This document shows positions 1-10,345 of a stretch of 64,000 nucleotides of DNA, piece after piece. The notes under the pieces are model-generated. The model did not search any database. It saw only the letters and a list, made by a program, of their open reading frames with translations, and was not told the DNA's origin. This DNA is from Candidatus Eiseniibacteriota bacterium (GTDB taxonomy: Bacteria; Orphanbacterota; Orphanbacteria; Orphanbacterales; Orphanbacteraceae). The translations under genes and the position numbers were made by a program. Position 1 is the first letter of the stretch. Each line of letters opens with the position of its first letter. The stretch is from the NCBI GenBank assembly GCA_043809585.1, contig JBDROZ010000039.1, forward strand, positions 12,577-76,576, given 5' to 3'.

Positions 1-1467
1 ACGGACCCATTCGAGGAGCGTCGGGACCCCGGGAAGTCCGCCCCAGTCGGGGACGAAGCCGACCCAGAGCACGAAAAAGACCCCGAGGAGCACTGCGAGC
101 CGGAGAAGGGGGGAATCATCCACCGCCACGGGCCGCTCCGTCTCTTTCATGTAGAAGACCACGACCACGCGCAAGTAGTAGTAAAGCGAAGCCGCCGAGT
201 TCAGGACGGCGATGACGACCAAAGTCGTCAACCCCCGTTCCACGGCCCCCCGGAAGAGCAGGTACTTTCCGAAGAACCCGGCGGTCGGCGGGATCCCGGC
301 GAGAGAGATCATGAAGAGGGTCATGGCGATGCCGAGGAAGGGCCGGCGGTAGCCGACTCCGGAATAGCGGTCGAGCTGGACCACCTCCCTCCCCTTTTCC
401 CGGGCCGACAGGGCCGCCACCACCGCGAAGGCCCCGCTCGTCATGAAAAGGTAGGCGATCAGGTAGTAGATCATTCCCGCGCCGTCCGCCTCGCCGCTCC
501 CCGGGATCAGGCCGAGGAGAAGGTACCCGGCGTGGGCAATCGACGAGTAGGCGAGCATGCGCTTCACGTTCGTCTGGGTCAGGGCACAGAGGTTACCCAC
601 GGTCATGGTGAGCACGGCGAGCCACGAGAGGATCGTGGGCGCGGTCGCCCGGCCGAGAAAGAGGGCGATCGGGTGGGCGTCGCCGGAGACGGCGCTCGTC
701 AGGATCCGGAGGAGCACGCCGAAGCTCGCGATCTTCACGGCCGTCGCCATGAAGGAGGTGATCGGCGTCGGGGCCCCGTCGTAGACATCGGGGGCCCACA
801 TGTGGAAAGGCACCGCCCCGACCTTGAAGAAGAACCCGACCAGCACCAGCAGCGTTCCCGAGATCGCGAGGAGCGGATCCGCTTCCCCCATGGCCGCGAG
901 ATCGATCGAGCCCGTGGCGCCGAAGAGCAGTGCGACGCCGAAGAGGAAGATGGCGGACGAAAAGGAGCCGAGGACGAAGTACTTCAGCGCCGCCTCGCCG
1001 GAGCGGTCTTCCCCCCGCCGGTATCCGCAGAGGACGTAGAGGGGGATCGACATCAGCTCGAGGGCGAGGAAGAGCATGAGGAAGTTCGTGGTGGAGACGA
1101 GAAGGGCCATCCCCGAGAGGGAAAAGAGAAGAAGGCCGTAATACTCGGCCCGAACCCGGTTCTCCCGGGCGAGCACCGGCTGGCTCGTGAGGAGGGCGAA
1201 CAGGCCGCAGACGAGGATCATCAGCGTGAGCGCCGCGCCGAAGAGGTCCGAAACGAGCGCCCCATCCCAGAAGGCCAGTTCGAAGCCGCCCCCCGCCGCG
1301 CGAAGGGCGACCGGAATTCCCGCGAAGATCAGGGTGCCGAGGGCCCCCCAGACGCCGGCCTTCGTTCGCCCGGCGCCGAGGAGGGTGGTGATCGTCCCCC
1401 CCACGGCGAGCACGGCGAAGGGGAGCATGGCCCAGAGCGCGTCGCCTCCGATGTAAGGCAGGTTCAT
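1..1467 (-). CDS. nuoN: NADH-quinone oxidoreductase subunit N, 5' part only (3' end lies beyond the window start)
   Basis: Reverse-strand translation from ATG 1467 (ATGA overlap with the nuoM stop) gives MNLPYIGGDALWAMLPFAVLAVGG..., a multi-TM NuoN-like protein. An alternative ATG is at 1428. Operon position after nuoM. Confidence 0.75.
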   Translation of the reverse strand, partial: MNLPYIGGDALWAMLPFAVLAVGGTITTLLGAGRTKAGVWGALGTLIFAGIPVALRAAGGGFELAFWDGALVSDLFGAALTLMILVCGLFALLTSQPVLARENRVRAEYYGLLLFSLSGMALLVSTTNFLMLFLALELMSIPLYVLCGYRRGEDRSGEAALKYFVLGSFSSAIFLFGVALLFGATGSIDLAAMGEADPLLAISGTLLVLVGFFFKVGAVPFHMWAPDVYDGAPTPITSFMATAVKIASFGVLLRILTSAVSGDAHPIALFLGRATAPTILSWLAVLTMTVGNLCALTQTNVKRMLAYSSIAHAGYLLLGLIPGSGEADGAGMIYYLIAYLFMTSGAFAVVAALSAREKGREVVQLDRYSGVGYRRPFLGIAMTLFMISLAGIPPTAGFFGKYLLFRGAVERGLTTLVVIAVLNSAASLYYYLRVVVVFYMKETERPVAVDDSPLLRLAVLLGVFFVLWVGFVPDWGGLPGVPTLLEWVR

Positions 1468-3032
1468 CGGAGCTTCCCCTCCTCCCCGTCCGCGGCCGTC
1501 CTAGGGGAGGTGAAGGCCGCGAAGCCTCCCTCCGCCCGGGGGGCCTCCGCCCGGTCCCGAGGCGTCATCATCCGGATGTGGGCCTTCACGGCCGCTTCCA
1601 TCTTGTCCAGGAGGGGTGAGGGCCGGACGCCGAGCCAGACCATGCCCGCGAGCAGGGGCACGATCACGACGAGCTCGCGCAGCGAGAGGTCCGGAAGCTT
1701 CCGGTTCGCGTCGTTCGTCACGGGCCCGAAAAAGACCCGCCGGTACATCCAGAGCATGTAGACGGCGCCGAAGACCACGCCCGTCGCCGCGAAGGCCGCG
1801 TGGACCGGCGAAACCCGGAAGGTGCCGAAGAGGACGAGGAACTCGCCCACGAAGCCCGAGAGCGTGGGGAGCCCGATCGACGCGAGGGTGGTGATCAGGA
1901 AGACCGTGGCGAAGAGGGGCATGGTCCTCGCGAGGCCGCCGTAATCGGCGATCTTCCGGGTGTGCCGCCGCTCGTAGAGCACCCCCACGAGGAGGAAGAG
2001 GGCGGACGTGGAGAGCCCGTGGGCGAGCATCACGTAAATGCCCCCCTCGATGCCGGCGACGTTGAACGCGAAGAGACCGAGCACCACGAAACCGAGATGA
2101 CTCACCGACGAGTAGGCGACGAGCTTCTTCACGTCGTCCTGCACCATCGCCACGAGGGCGCCGTAGATGATGCCGATCACGGCGAGGAGCGAGAGCACCG
2201 GCGCCGCCGTGCGGGCCGCCTCCGGGAAGAGGGGCATGGCGAACCGGAGGAACCCGTAGGTCCCCATCTTCAACAGGATGCCCGCGAGGATCGCGCTCCC
2301 CGCCGTGGGCGCCTCGACATGGGCGTCGGGGAGCCACGTGTGGAACGGGAAGAGGGGCACCTTGATCGCGAAGGCGAGGGCGAAGGCGGCGAAGAGGAGG
2401 ATCTGCATCCCCGGGGGGACCGCGACGCCCACGAGGTCGGTCCAGTCGAAGGAGACGAAGCCGTTCACGCCGGACGCCTGCTTCACGAGCACCAGGATCG
2501 CCACGAGCATGAGGAGGGAGCCGACCACCGTGTAGAGCACGAATTTGACCGCCGCGTAGATCCTCCTCTCCCCTCCCCAGACGCCGATCAGGAATGCCAT
2601 GGGGATGAGCATGAGCTCCCAGAAAAGGTAAAAGAGGAAGAGATCGAGGGCGACGAAGGCGCCCATCATCCCGGTGTGGAGCAGCAGGTACCAGATCGAG
2701 AACTCCTTCACCCGGGTCTTCACGGCGTTCCACGTCGACAGGTAGACGAGAGGCGCGAGGAAGGCGGTCAGGAGGATCAGGTAGAAGGAAATGCCGTCGA
2801 CGCCGACGTGATAGGAGATCCCGAGCGCGGGGATCCACGGAATGTCCTGCTCGAACTCCATCGGGCCCTCCCCCTGAAACTGGAATGCGAGGGGAAGGGC
2901 GGCGAGGAAGAGGATCACCGTCAGGAAGAGCGTGAGCGCCCGGACCGTCCGGATGCTCGATCCGGGCACGAGGCCGACCAGGATCGCCCCGAAGAGGGGG
3001 AGAAAGACGAGGACCGAAAGGATCGAATTCAC
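1464..3032 (-). CDS. nuoM: NADH-quinone oxidoreductase subunit M
   Basis: 522-aa ORF MNSILSVLVFLPL... with the typical NuoM antiporter-like TM pattern. Operon context. Confidence 0.9.
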   Translation of the reverse strand: MNSILSVLVFLPLFGAILVGLVPGSSIRTVRALTLFLTVILFLAALPLAFQFQGEGPMEFEQDIPWIPALGISYHVGVDGISFYLILLTAFLAPLVYLSTWNAVKTRVKEFSIWYLLLHTGMMGAFVALDLFLFYLFWELMLIPMAFLIGVWGGERRIYAAVKFVLYTVVGSLLMLVAILVLVKQASGVNGFVSFDWTDLVGVAVPPGMQILLFAAFALAFAIKVPLFPFHTWLPDAHVEAPTAGSAILAGILLKMGTYGFLRFAMPLFPEAARTAAPVLSLLAVIGIIYGALVAMVQDDVKKLVAYSSVSHLGFVVLGLFAFNVAGIEGGIYVMLAHGLSTSALFLLVGVLYERRHTRKIADYGGLARTMPLFATVFLITTLASIGLPTLSGFVGEFLVLFGTFRVSPVHAAFAATGVVFGAVYMLWMYRRVFFGPVTNDANRKLPDLSLRELVVIVPLLAGMVWLGVRPSPLLDKMEAAVKAHIRMMTPRDRAEAPRAEGGFAAFTSPRTAADGEEGKLR

Positions 3033-3042
3033 TCGGACGCTC

Positions 3043-5028
3043 CTACAAGATCTTCCAGAGCAGAACCGCCAGCGCGGCGAGCACCACGAAGGCGTAGCTC
3101 TGGACCTGCCCGGTCTGGGCGAAGCGGAGCACGTAGCTGCCGCCCCGGGTCACGTGACCGACCATATTGACGAGCCCGTCCACGATCCTGACGTCGAAGA
3201 AGCGCCAGAGCAACTTCCTCGAAACGGCGTGAATCGGGAGGATGACCAGCATGTAATAGATTTCGTCGACGTAGAACTTGTCGCGCATCAGTCGGTACGG
3301 GAGGGCGAAGCGCTCCGCGAGGCGGCCCGGCGCCTCCGGCCTCCTGACGTAGAGGAGATAGGCCGCGAGAGTTCCGAGGATCGCGATGCCCGCGGCGATG
3401 CCCATCAGTCCGAGTTCGGCGCCGTGGGCCGCGTGACCGGCCGCCCCGTGGGCCGCCTCGCCGTGCCCGCCGCCGTGGGCGGCGCCCGTGCCCTCGAAGA
3501 CCGGCGCGAGCCACCGCTCGAACCGGTTCGAGCCCCCGAGAACGGGAGGGACGCCGAAGAAGCCGACCGCCGCGGCGCCCGCCGCCAGGATCACGAGGGG
3601 CGCCGTGAACCAGGCGCTCGACTCGCGGGCGTGCCCCGCCTTCTCGCTCCGGGGTTTCCCGGCGAAAGTGAGGAAGAAGAGCCGGAACATGTAGAAGGCG
3701 GTGAGCACGGCGGCGAGGGTGCCGAGCGCCCAGGCGAGCTTCGGCGCGAAGGCCCACGCCTCGTTCCGGCCGCTGAAGGCCTTCCAGAGGATCTCGTCCT
3801 TCGAGAAGAAGCCGGAGAGGGGCGGGTATCCCGCGATGGCGGCGGTGGAGATCAGGAAGGTCCACGCCGTCCAGGGCATCTTCTTGAAGAGGCCGCCCAT
3901 GCTCCGGATGTCCTGCTCGTGATGCATCCCGTGGATCACCGAGCCGGCGCCGAGGAAGAGACAGGCCTTGAAGAAGGCGTGGGTGAAGACGTGGAAGATG
4001 CCGGCGGCGTAGGCGCCCGCCCCCACGCCGATCATCATGTACCCGAGCTGGCTCACGGTGGAGTAGGCGAGCACCTTCTTGATGTCCGTCTGGGCGATGC
4101 CGATGAGCGCCGCGAAGAGGGCCGTCGCCGCGCCGACCACGAGAACCACCGCCGAGGCGAGGGGGGCCAGTTCGTACAGGAACGACATGCGGGCGATCAT
4201 GTAGACCCCCGCCGTCACCATGGTCGCGGCGTGGATGAGGGCGGAGACCGGCGTGGGGCCGGCCATGGCGTCCGGGAGCCAGACGTAGAGAGGGATCTGG
4301 GCCGACTTGCCCGCGGCCCCCAAGAAGAGGAGGAGGCATGCCCCCTCGATCACGCCCGGCGGAAGCTCGTGGACCCGGCGGGCGATCTCGCCGATGTTCA
4401 GTGTCGGATCTCCGTGGCGCCCGAGGGTCGCGGCGAGGAGCAGCATCCCGAGGAGGAAGCCGAAGTCCCCGATCCGGTTCACGATGAACGCCTTCTTCCC
4501 CGCCTTCGCCTTCTCCGTGTCCTCGAACCAGAACCCGATCAGGAGGTACGAGCAGAGGCCCACCCCTTCCCAACCGACGAAAAGCGTGAGAAGCGAATCG
4601 CCGAGGACGAGGGTGAGCATGAAGAAGAGGAAGAGGTTCAGGTAGCCGAAGTATCGGGCGTGGCTCCGGTCCCCGGACATGTAGCCGACCGAGTAGTAGT
4701 GGATCAGGCCGCCGATTCCGGTGACCACGAGGGTCATGGTGAGGGAAAGGGTGTCCGCGAGGAGGCGGAAGTCGATCCGGAGCGATCCCGCCTCGATCCA
4801 GCGGAATACCTCCTGAACCGCCACGCGGTGGTCCGGACCCTCGCCGAGAAAGCGGAAGAAGAGGGACGCCGTCAGGAGGAAGGAGAGGGTCGGACCGGCG
4901 CACGCCACGACGGCCGAGAACCGCCGGGGCACCTCGAATCGAAGACGGGCGCCCGCGGCCGCGGCGAGGCCGTTGATCGCCGCCCCGATCAGGGGCAGAA
5001 CCAGAATCCAGAGCAGGACGCTCTCCAC
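3043..5028 (-). CDS. nuoL: NADH-quinone oxidoreductase subunit L
   Basis: 661-aa ORF MESVLLWILVLPLIGAAING... with the NuoL/ND5 conserved TM core and a long C-terminal extension. Confidence 0.9.
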   Translation of the reverse strand: MESVLLWILVLPLIGAAINGLAAAAGARLRFEVPRRFSAVVACAGPTLSFLLTASLFFRFLGEGPDHRVAVQEVFRWIEAGSLRIDFRLLADTLSLTMTLVVTGIGGLIHYYSVGYMSGDRSHARYFGYLNLFLFFMLTLVLGDSLLTLFVGWEGVGLCSYLLIGFWFEDTEKAKAGKKAFIVNRIGDFGFLLGMLLLAATLGRHGDPTLNIGEIARRVHELPPGVIEGACLLLFLGAAGKSAQIPLYVWLPDAMAGPTPVSALIHAATMVTAGVYMIARMSFLYELAPLASAVVLVVGAATALFAALIGIAQTDIKKVLAYSTVSQLGYMMIGVGAGAYAAGIFHVFTHAFFKACLFLGAGSVIHGMHHEQDIRSMGGLFKKMPWTAWTFLISTAAIAGYPPLSGFFSKDEILWKAFSGRNEAWAFAPKLAWALGTLAAVLTAFYMFRLFFLTFAGKPRSEKAGHARESSAWFTAPLVILAAGAAAVGFFGVPPVLGGSNRFERWLAPVFEGTGAAHGGGHGEAAHGAAGHAAHGAELGLMGIAAGIAILGTLAAYLLYVRRPEAPGRLAERFALPYRLMRDKFYVDEIYYMLVILPIHAVSRKLLWRFFDVRIVDGLVNMVGHVTRGGSYVLRFAQTGQVQSYAFVVLAALAVLLWKIL

Positions 5029-5037
5029 TTCGCTCCC

Positions 5038-5340
5038 CTACTGGTGAAGGATGGTGAACCGGTCGAGGTTCACCGTGTCCTTCTTGCGGAAAAGGGCCAC
5101 CACGAGGGCGAGCCCCACCGCCGCTTCCGCCGCCGCGACGGCGATGACGAAAAAGACGACGATCTGGCCGTCCGCGGCCATCCGGGACCTCGAAAAGGCG
5201 ACGAACGCGAGATTCACCGCGTTCAGCATCAGCTCGATGCTCATCAGAACCACGAGCAGGTTCCGCCGGGCGAGAACGCCGACGCAGCCGATCAGAAAGA
5301 GAACGAGGGCGACCGCCAAGTAATGACCTTCGGGGGTCAT
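5038..5340 (-). CDS. nuoK: NADH-quinone oxidoreductase subunit K
   Basis: 100 aa, three TM helices, [27 protein letters not shown]... typical NuoK. Its ATG shares a base with the nuoJ stop. Confidence 0.9.
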   Translation of the reverse strand: MTPEGHYLAVALVLFLIGCVGVLARRNLLVVLMSIELMLNAVNLAFVAFSRSRMAADGQIVVFFVIAVAAAEAAVGLALVVALFRKKDTVNLDRFTILHQ

Positions 5341-5831
5341 CAGAACCTCCTCAGGACGAGCACGACGGCCCCGACCATGGCCGCCAGGAGCAACACCGAG
5401 ACGACCTCGAAGGGGAAGAGGTACCGGGTGAACAGGACCCCGCCGATCGATTCGATGGAGCCGAAGTCCCCCGCCCCCGCAGGCGCCGCCCCCCCGCCGG
5501 CCGTGACCCTCACGAGCACCACCGCCACGGGCACCGAGGCGATCACGGCGAGCACGACCCGGGGCCTGGAGAGACCGAGCACGCGCATCTCCCGCTCCTC
5601 CAGGTTCAGAACCATGATGACGTAGATCACGAGGACCATCACGGCCCCGGCGTAGACGAGAAGCTGGATCACGAAGAGGAAGTGGGCCGAGAGGGTCGCG
5701 AAGAGCCCCGCGATCGCCGCGAGGCAGACCACGAGGGAGAGGGCCGCCGAAAGGGGATTCTTCCGGGTCACCGTGAAGACGGCGGACCCGACGGCGACGG
5801 CCGAGAGAATCCAGAAAGCGACGCTGCCCAT
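5340..5831 (-). CDS. nuoJ: NADH-quinone oxidoreductase subunit J
   Basis: The ORF track gives 5340..5975. The likely true start is the internal ATG at 5831 ([15 protein letters not shown]...), 11 nt after the nuoI stop. The upstream part of the ORF overlaps nuoI. Confidence 0.8.
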   Translation of the reverse strand: MGSVAFWILSAVAVGSAVFTVTRKNPLSAALSLVVCLAAIAGLFATLSAHFLFVIQLLVYAGAVMVLVIYVIMVLNLEEREMRVLGLSRPRVVLAVIASVPVAVVLVRVTAGGGAAPAGAGDFGSIESIGGVLFTRYLFPFEVVSVLLLAAMVGAVVLVLRRF

Positions 5832-5842
5832 GTCCCTTCTCT

Positions 5843-6316
5843 CTACTCGCTTAGAAGGTAGTCGATGCCGTAGATCAACTTGTCCCGGGAATCGGACGCC
5901 AGCTCGTACTTGCCCGTGTCCATGCGGATGGCGTCCACGGGACACGCCTCCACGCAGAGACCGCAGAATACGCAACGGAGGATGTTGATGTCAAACCTCG
6001 CGGCGACCTTCTCCTCCGAGTCGGAACGCTCCGTCGCCTCGATGCTGATGCAGTCCGCGGGGCACGCGGTCTGGCAACAGTAGCAGGCGACGCACTTCGG
6101 CGTTCCGTCGTCCCGCCTCATCAGACGGTGCCTCCCCCGGAAGCGCTCCGGCATCGTCCTCTTTTCCTCCGGGTACTGGAGGGTCGGCATCCTGTCCTGA
6201 TGGAAAACGTTCGTCACCAGGTGGCGCATCGAAACGGCCATCCCCCGAAGGATCTCGAGGAGGTACCACCTCTCCCTCGCGTTCATGGGACGTCCGACGG
6301 TTTGAATTCCGGCCAT
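5843..6316 (-). CDS. nuoI: NADH-quinone oxidoreductase subunit I (two 4Fe-4S ferredoxin motifs)
   Basis: This is the C-terminal part of the 584-aa track ORF, starting at ATG 6316 ([10 protein letters not shown]...). It has two CxxCxxCxxxCP motifs ([24 protein letters not shown]). It begins 3 nt after the nuoH stop. Confidence 0.9.
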   Translation of the reverse strand: MAGIQTVGRPMNARERWYLLEILRGMAVSMRHLVTNVFHQDRMPTLQYPEEKRTMPERFRGRHRLMRRDDGTPKCVACYCCQTACPADCISIEATERSDSEEKVAARFDINILRCVFCGLCVEACPVDAIRMDTGKYELASDSRDKLIYGIDYLLSE

Positions 6317-6318
6317 CG

Positions 6319-7597
6319 CTACCCCCTCCCCCACAAGACCAGGACGATTCCGGTGGCGGCAATATTGATCAGGGCGAGGGGCATCAGGCTCTTCCAGCCG
6401 AGCCCCATGAGCTGATCGTAACGGAAACGGGGGAGAGTCCACCGGACCCAGATGAACAGGAAGGCGAACACCGAGATCTTCACGACCAGGAACAGGAACT
6501 GGACGACCGCCGTGAGAATCTGCGCGCCGAGGGGGGAGAGCGCGGAGAGGAACGCGAGCAAGATGAGGGAGGCCGCGGCGAGGAAGAAGCAGACCATGCC
6601 GAGCACCCGCGCCTCCCGGCGACGCCGGTCCCGGTAGAGCCCCATGAGACGCCGGTCGTAGGAACGGAAAAGCAGGGCCGCGACGGTGCAGAAGAGGGCC
6701 GTCGCCCCGAGGGCGGCCCGGGCGACGAGGGGGGCGTTCTCCCGCAGCGTTTCCGTGGGGAGCCAGGGGACCTGGTAACCTCCGAAGTAGATCGTCGCGA
6801 TGGCGGCGCTCCCGACGACCATGGCGGCGTACTCGCCCATGAAGAAGAGGGCGAACCGCATGCTCGAGTACTCGACGTGGAAGCCGATGATCTCCGACTC
6901 CCCCTCGGCGAGATCGAAGGGGTTCCGGTTCGTCTCGGCGAAGATCGCGATCAGGAAGATCAGGAAGCCGAGGGGTTGGAGAAAGACGTTCCAGCGGGGC
7001 AGAAATCCGAACAAGAGCCCCCCCTGCTGCCGCACGATCTCGCCGAGATCGACGGTCTGGGAGATCATGAGGACGCCGATGAGGGAGAGCCCGAGACCGA
7101 TCTCGTAGCTGACCATCTGGGCCGCCGACCGGAGCCCGCCGATGAGCGTGTAGGTGTTGTTCGACGACCACCCCGCGAGCACCACGGCGTAGACGTGGAA
7201 GGACGTGATGGCCAGGATGTAAAGGATTCCCGCGTCGAGCGTGAGTGCCCGGATCTCGATCATCCGCCCGCCGATCTCGAGGGAGTCCGCGAGGGGGATG
7301 ATCGCGAAGGGAAGCATGGGGACCGAGAGGGCGAGGAGGGCGCCCAAGTTGTAGTAGAAGCGGTTCACCCGGGAGGGGGTCATGTCCTCCTTGGTGAGCA
7401 GCTTCACCACGTCCGCGAACGGGTGGATCAGCCCCGCCGAGCCGGATGCCGAGGATCTCCGCCCGGTTCGGACCGGTCCGGTCCTGGATGAAGGCCGAGA
7501 CCTTCCGCTCCGCCCAGACGAGCACGGGCACGAAGAGGACCGGGAGGAACGCGGCGACGAGGGCGAAGAGGATCGGAAGGAGGATCTCAGGCTTCAT
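6319..7597 (-). pseudogene. nuoH: NADH-quinone oxidoreductase subunit H, reading frame broken near 7415-7450 (frameshift or assembly error)
   Basis: The N-terminus MKPEILLPILFALVAAFLPVLFVPVLVWAERKVSAFIQDRTGPNR (from ATG 7597) is in one frame. The rest of NuoH (…GLIHPFADVVKLLTKEDMTPS… to the stop at 6319) is in the frame offset by 1 (7597-7410=187). The switch falls in a ggcggggctg G-run. Confidence 0.6.
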
Positions 7598-9083
7598 GGC
7601 CGGCTCCTTCCGCCGTGAAGGCCGGCACGGCCCGCTCCATCTCCGCCCGGAGCTCCGCGAGAGAACCCCAGGCGAGATCGGCGCCGAGCTTCGCGGCGAT
7701 CCCGCCCAGGATCCGGAAGACCGGCCTCGAATCGCCCGCCTCCTTGATCACCGGCCGGAAGGCCTGGACCCGCCCCTCGAAATTCGTGAAGGTCCCCTCG
7801 CTCTCGGCGTAACTCGCCACCGGGATTCTGATCTCGGCCCCTCCGGCGGTGGCGTCCCGGTTCGTGGCGAGGGCGATCACGGTCTTCCCCTTCAGCAGCT
7901 CCGCGGCGCCCGGGTCGTCCCCGGCGAGGTCGTTTTCGATGACCATCACTGTGTCCGGTCCCCCCTTCAGGGCCGCGACGAGATCTCCGCCGAGGCCGAG
8001 GGCTTCCAACCCCTTCCGGTTCGGACTCCGGTCCGGACGTTTCAGGATGTCGTCCCCCTCCCACGGCGCCCGGAAGGAGCCGCCCACGACCTTCGCCCCC
8101 GGGAGGGCGGCCGCGGCGAAGCGCTTCAGCGCGAAGAGGCTCTCGTTCGACATGCGGGGCGAGGCGACGAGAAGAACGGAGCCCCCCTTTTTCAAAGCCT
8201 CCGCCGCCGCGGCGTCCGCGGCTTCCGGCTTCATCCGGCCCTCCGGTCCCTCGGCGCGGAGAAGGCGGTTTTCGTTGATCCACTTGTAGTCCAGCCGGCC
8301 GGCGTCGCAGATCCAGTAGTCGTTGACCTTCGGGTTCGGGCGCGGCCGGATCCGCTGCACCTCGTTCTGGTACTGATCGATGTAGATGTTGCAGCCCCGC
8401 TCGCAGCCGGGGCAGACCGACTCGGCGGTCTTCAAGAACCAGACCCGCACCTTGAAGCGGAAGTCCTTGCTCGTGAGCGCCCCGACGGGGCAGATGTCGA
8501 CCACGTTGCCCGAGTACTCGTTCTCCAGCCTGCGGCCGGGGAACACGGTGATCTCCGACTTCCCGCCCCGGTTCTTGATCGCGAGCTCCGCCCTCCCGGC
8601 GATCTCGTCGCAGAACCGGACGCACCGGGAACAGAGAATGCACCGTTCGGCGTCGAGGACGACCATGGGCCCGAGGTCCTGCTTCTTCGGCTTGTGGAGC
8701 TTCTCCTCGAGGACGACCCTCGAGTCGTGAAGGCCGTATTCCATGTAGTACTTCTGGAGACCGCACTCCCCCGCCTGGTCGCAGATCGGGCAGTCGATCG
8801 GGTGGTTCCGGAGAATGAACTCCATCACCTCCGTCCGCTCCCGAATCACCTTCTCCGATTCGGTGTTCACCGCCATGCCTTCGTTCACGCGGGTCGTGCA
8901 GGCGGTCTGGAGCTTCGGGATCCCCTCGATCTCGACGCTGCACATGCGGCAGTTCCCCTCCGGCGAAAGGCCGGGGTGCCAGCAGTAATGGGGGATCTTC
9001 ACCCCGTGGAGCGCGGCCGCCTGGATCAGGTTGATCCCGTCCGGGACCTCCACTTCGCGGCCGTTCAGCGTGAACTTCGCCAT
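7587..9083 (-). CDS. nuoG: NADH-quinone oxidoreductase subunit G (short form, 498 aa; N-terminal 2Fe-2S and 4Fe-4S domains present, large C-terminal molybdopterin-like domain reduced)
   Basis: ATG at 9083 gives MAKFTLNGREVEVPDGINLIQAAALHGVKIPHYCWHP… with conserved Cys clusters (CRMC, CPICDQAGEC, CILCSRCVRFC). The upstream part of the 858-aa track ORF is out-of-context GC-rich sequence overlapping nuoF. Confidence 0.85.
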   Translation of the reverse strand: MAKFTLNGREVEVPDGINLIQAAALHGVKIPHYCWHPGLSPEGNCRMCSVEIEGIPKLQTACTTRVNEGMAVNTESEKVIRERTEVMEFILRNHPIDCPICDQAGECGLQKYYMEYGLHDSRVVLEEKLHKPKKQDLGPMVVLDAERCILCSRCVRFCDEIAGRAELAIKNRGGKSEITVFPGRRLENEYSGNVVDICPVGALTSKDFRFKVRVWFLKTAESVCPGCERGCNIYIDQYQNEVQRIRPRPNPKVNDYWICDAGRLDYKWINENRLLRAEGPEGRMKPEAADAAAAEALKKGGSVLLVASPRMSNESLFALKRFAAAALPGAKVVGGSFRAPWEGDDILKRPDRSPNRKGLEALGLGGDLVAALKGGPDTVMVIENDLAGDDPGAAELLKGKTVIALATNRDATAGGAEIRIPVASYAESEGTFTNFEGRVQAFRPVIKEAGDSRPVFRILGGIAAKLGADLAWGSLAELRAEMERAVPAFTAEGAGHEA

Positions 9084-9091
9084 GATCCCCT

Positions 9092-10345
9092 CTATCGATC
9101 CTTCAGCTTCGCTTCGAACTCGCTCCGGAACTTGTTCACGAAGCTGACCACGGGCATCGAGTTCGCGTCGGAGAAGACGCAGATCGTGTTCCCCGTGATC
9201 CGGACCGCCAGGTCCTCGAGCTTCGCGAGATCCGCCCTCGTCCCCTCCCCGGCCGCGATCTTGCGGACAAGTTCCGCGACCCAACCCGAGCCTTCCCGGC
9301 AGGGGGTGCATTGGCCGCACGATTCGTGGGCGTAGAAATGGGTCAGCTTGTCCAGGGCCCACGGCATGTCCGTCTCCTCGTCCATCACGATGACGCCGCC
9401 GGAGCCGAGCATGGAGCCCGCCTCCTGGACCGACTCGAAGTCGACGTTCACGGCGTACGCCTCCTCGGCGGTGAGGACCGGCGTCGACGAGCCTCCCGGA
9501 ATCAGGGCCTTCAGCTTCTTCCCCCCCCGGATTCCCCCGGCGAGGTCCTCCAGGAGCCCCTTCATCGGGATGCCGTGGGAGACTTCGTAGACGCCGGGAC
9601 GTTCCACGTGGCCCGAGACGCCCATGAGCCGCGTGCCGGGGCTCTTCTCGGTGCCGAAGGCGCGGTAGGCATCGACCCCCTTGTCGATGATGAAGGGGAG
9701 ATTCGCGATGGTCTCCACGTTGTTGATCACCGTCGGCTTCCCGAAGAGCCCGGCGTTCGTCGGGAAGGGGGGCTTGATGCGGGGTTGGCCCCTCTTCCCC
9801 TCGATGGAGTTCAGGAGGGCCGTCTCCTCGCCGCAGATGTAGGCCCCCGCCCCCCGGTGCACCGTGACGTCCAGGGGCTTCCCCGGGCCGAGCGCGTGGG
9901 CCCCGAGAAGGCCGGCGCCGTACGCCTCGTCCACGGCCGCCTGAAGACGGCGGTAAGGCCCGCAGAACTCGCCCCGGATGTAGATGTAGGCGTGGGCGCT
10001 CCGGATCGCGTGGCAGGCGATCAGAATCCCCTCGATCAGCAGGTGCGGGTCCTTCTCCAGAATCAGTCGGTCCTTGAATGTGCCGGGCTCCGACTCGTCC
10101 GAGTTGACGCAGAGGTAGGTGATCTCCCGCTCCTTGGGCAGGAAGGTCCACTTGAGGCCGCACGGGAAACCCGCCCCCCCCCGGCCCCGGAGCCCCGAGT
10201 CCTTCACCCGGGCGACCACATCGTCCGGCCCGAGGGCGAGCGCCTTCGGGGCGACGAGGTAGGCGCCCGCCCCCCGGGCCCCGGAGAGGGTGTGGGAGGC
10301 CTCGTTCCCCATTCGCGCCTTGAGAACGATCGACTCCTGGACCAT
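9092..10345 (-). CDS. nuoF: NADH-quinone oxidoreductase subunit F (51 kDa; FMN/NADH-binding, 4Fe-4S)
   Basis: Internal ATG at 10345 gives MVQESIVLKARMGNEA… with GRGGAGFPCGLKW and ESCGQCTPCREG motifs. The ATG overlaps the nuoE TGA. Confidence 0.9.
   Translation of the reverse strand: MVQESIVLKARMGNEASHTLSGARGAGAYLVAPKALALGPDDVVARVKDSGLRGRGGAGFPCGLKWTFLPKEREITYLCVNSDESEPGTFKDRLILEKDPHLLIEGILIACHAIRSAHAYIYIRGEFCGPYRRLQAAVDEAYGAGLLGAHALGPGKPLDVTVHRGAGAYICGEETALLNSIEGKRGQPRIKPPFPTNAGLFGKPTVINNVETIANLPFIIDKGVDAYRAFGTEKSPGTRLMGVSGHVERPGVYEVSHGIPMKGLLEDLAGGIRGGKKLKALIPGGSSTPVLTAEEAYAVNVDFESVQEAGSMLGSGGVIVMDEETDMPWALDKLTHFYAHESCGQCTPCREGSGWVAELVRKIAAGEGTRADLAKLEDLAVRITGNTICVFSDANSMPVVSFVNKFRSEFEAKLKDR

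Noticed and set aside
532-5625. Long plus-strand ORFs antisense to nuoN/M/L (409, 456, 897 aa) rich in R/G/E/D/P/H
   Set aside because: Typical stop-codon-poor antisense frames of a high-GC genome. Low-complexity composition, no motifs, and fully overlapped by well-supported nuo genes.
7410-7450. Programmed ribosomal frameshift in nuoH
   Set aside because: No slippery heptamer (X XXY YYZ) or downstream structure at the frame junction. The junction is a simple G-run, so an indel (real or assembly) is the parsimonious explanation.
5843-7597. 584-aa single ORF from the six-frame track
   Set aside because: It is a composite. Its N-terminal about 50 aa are the true NuoH start and its C-terminal 157 aa are NuoI. 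The middle is out-of-frame read-through over nuoH, whose body is in the 6319..7410 frame.
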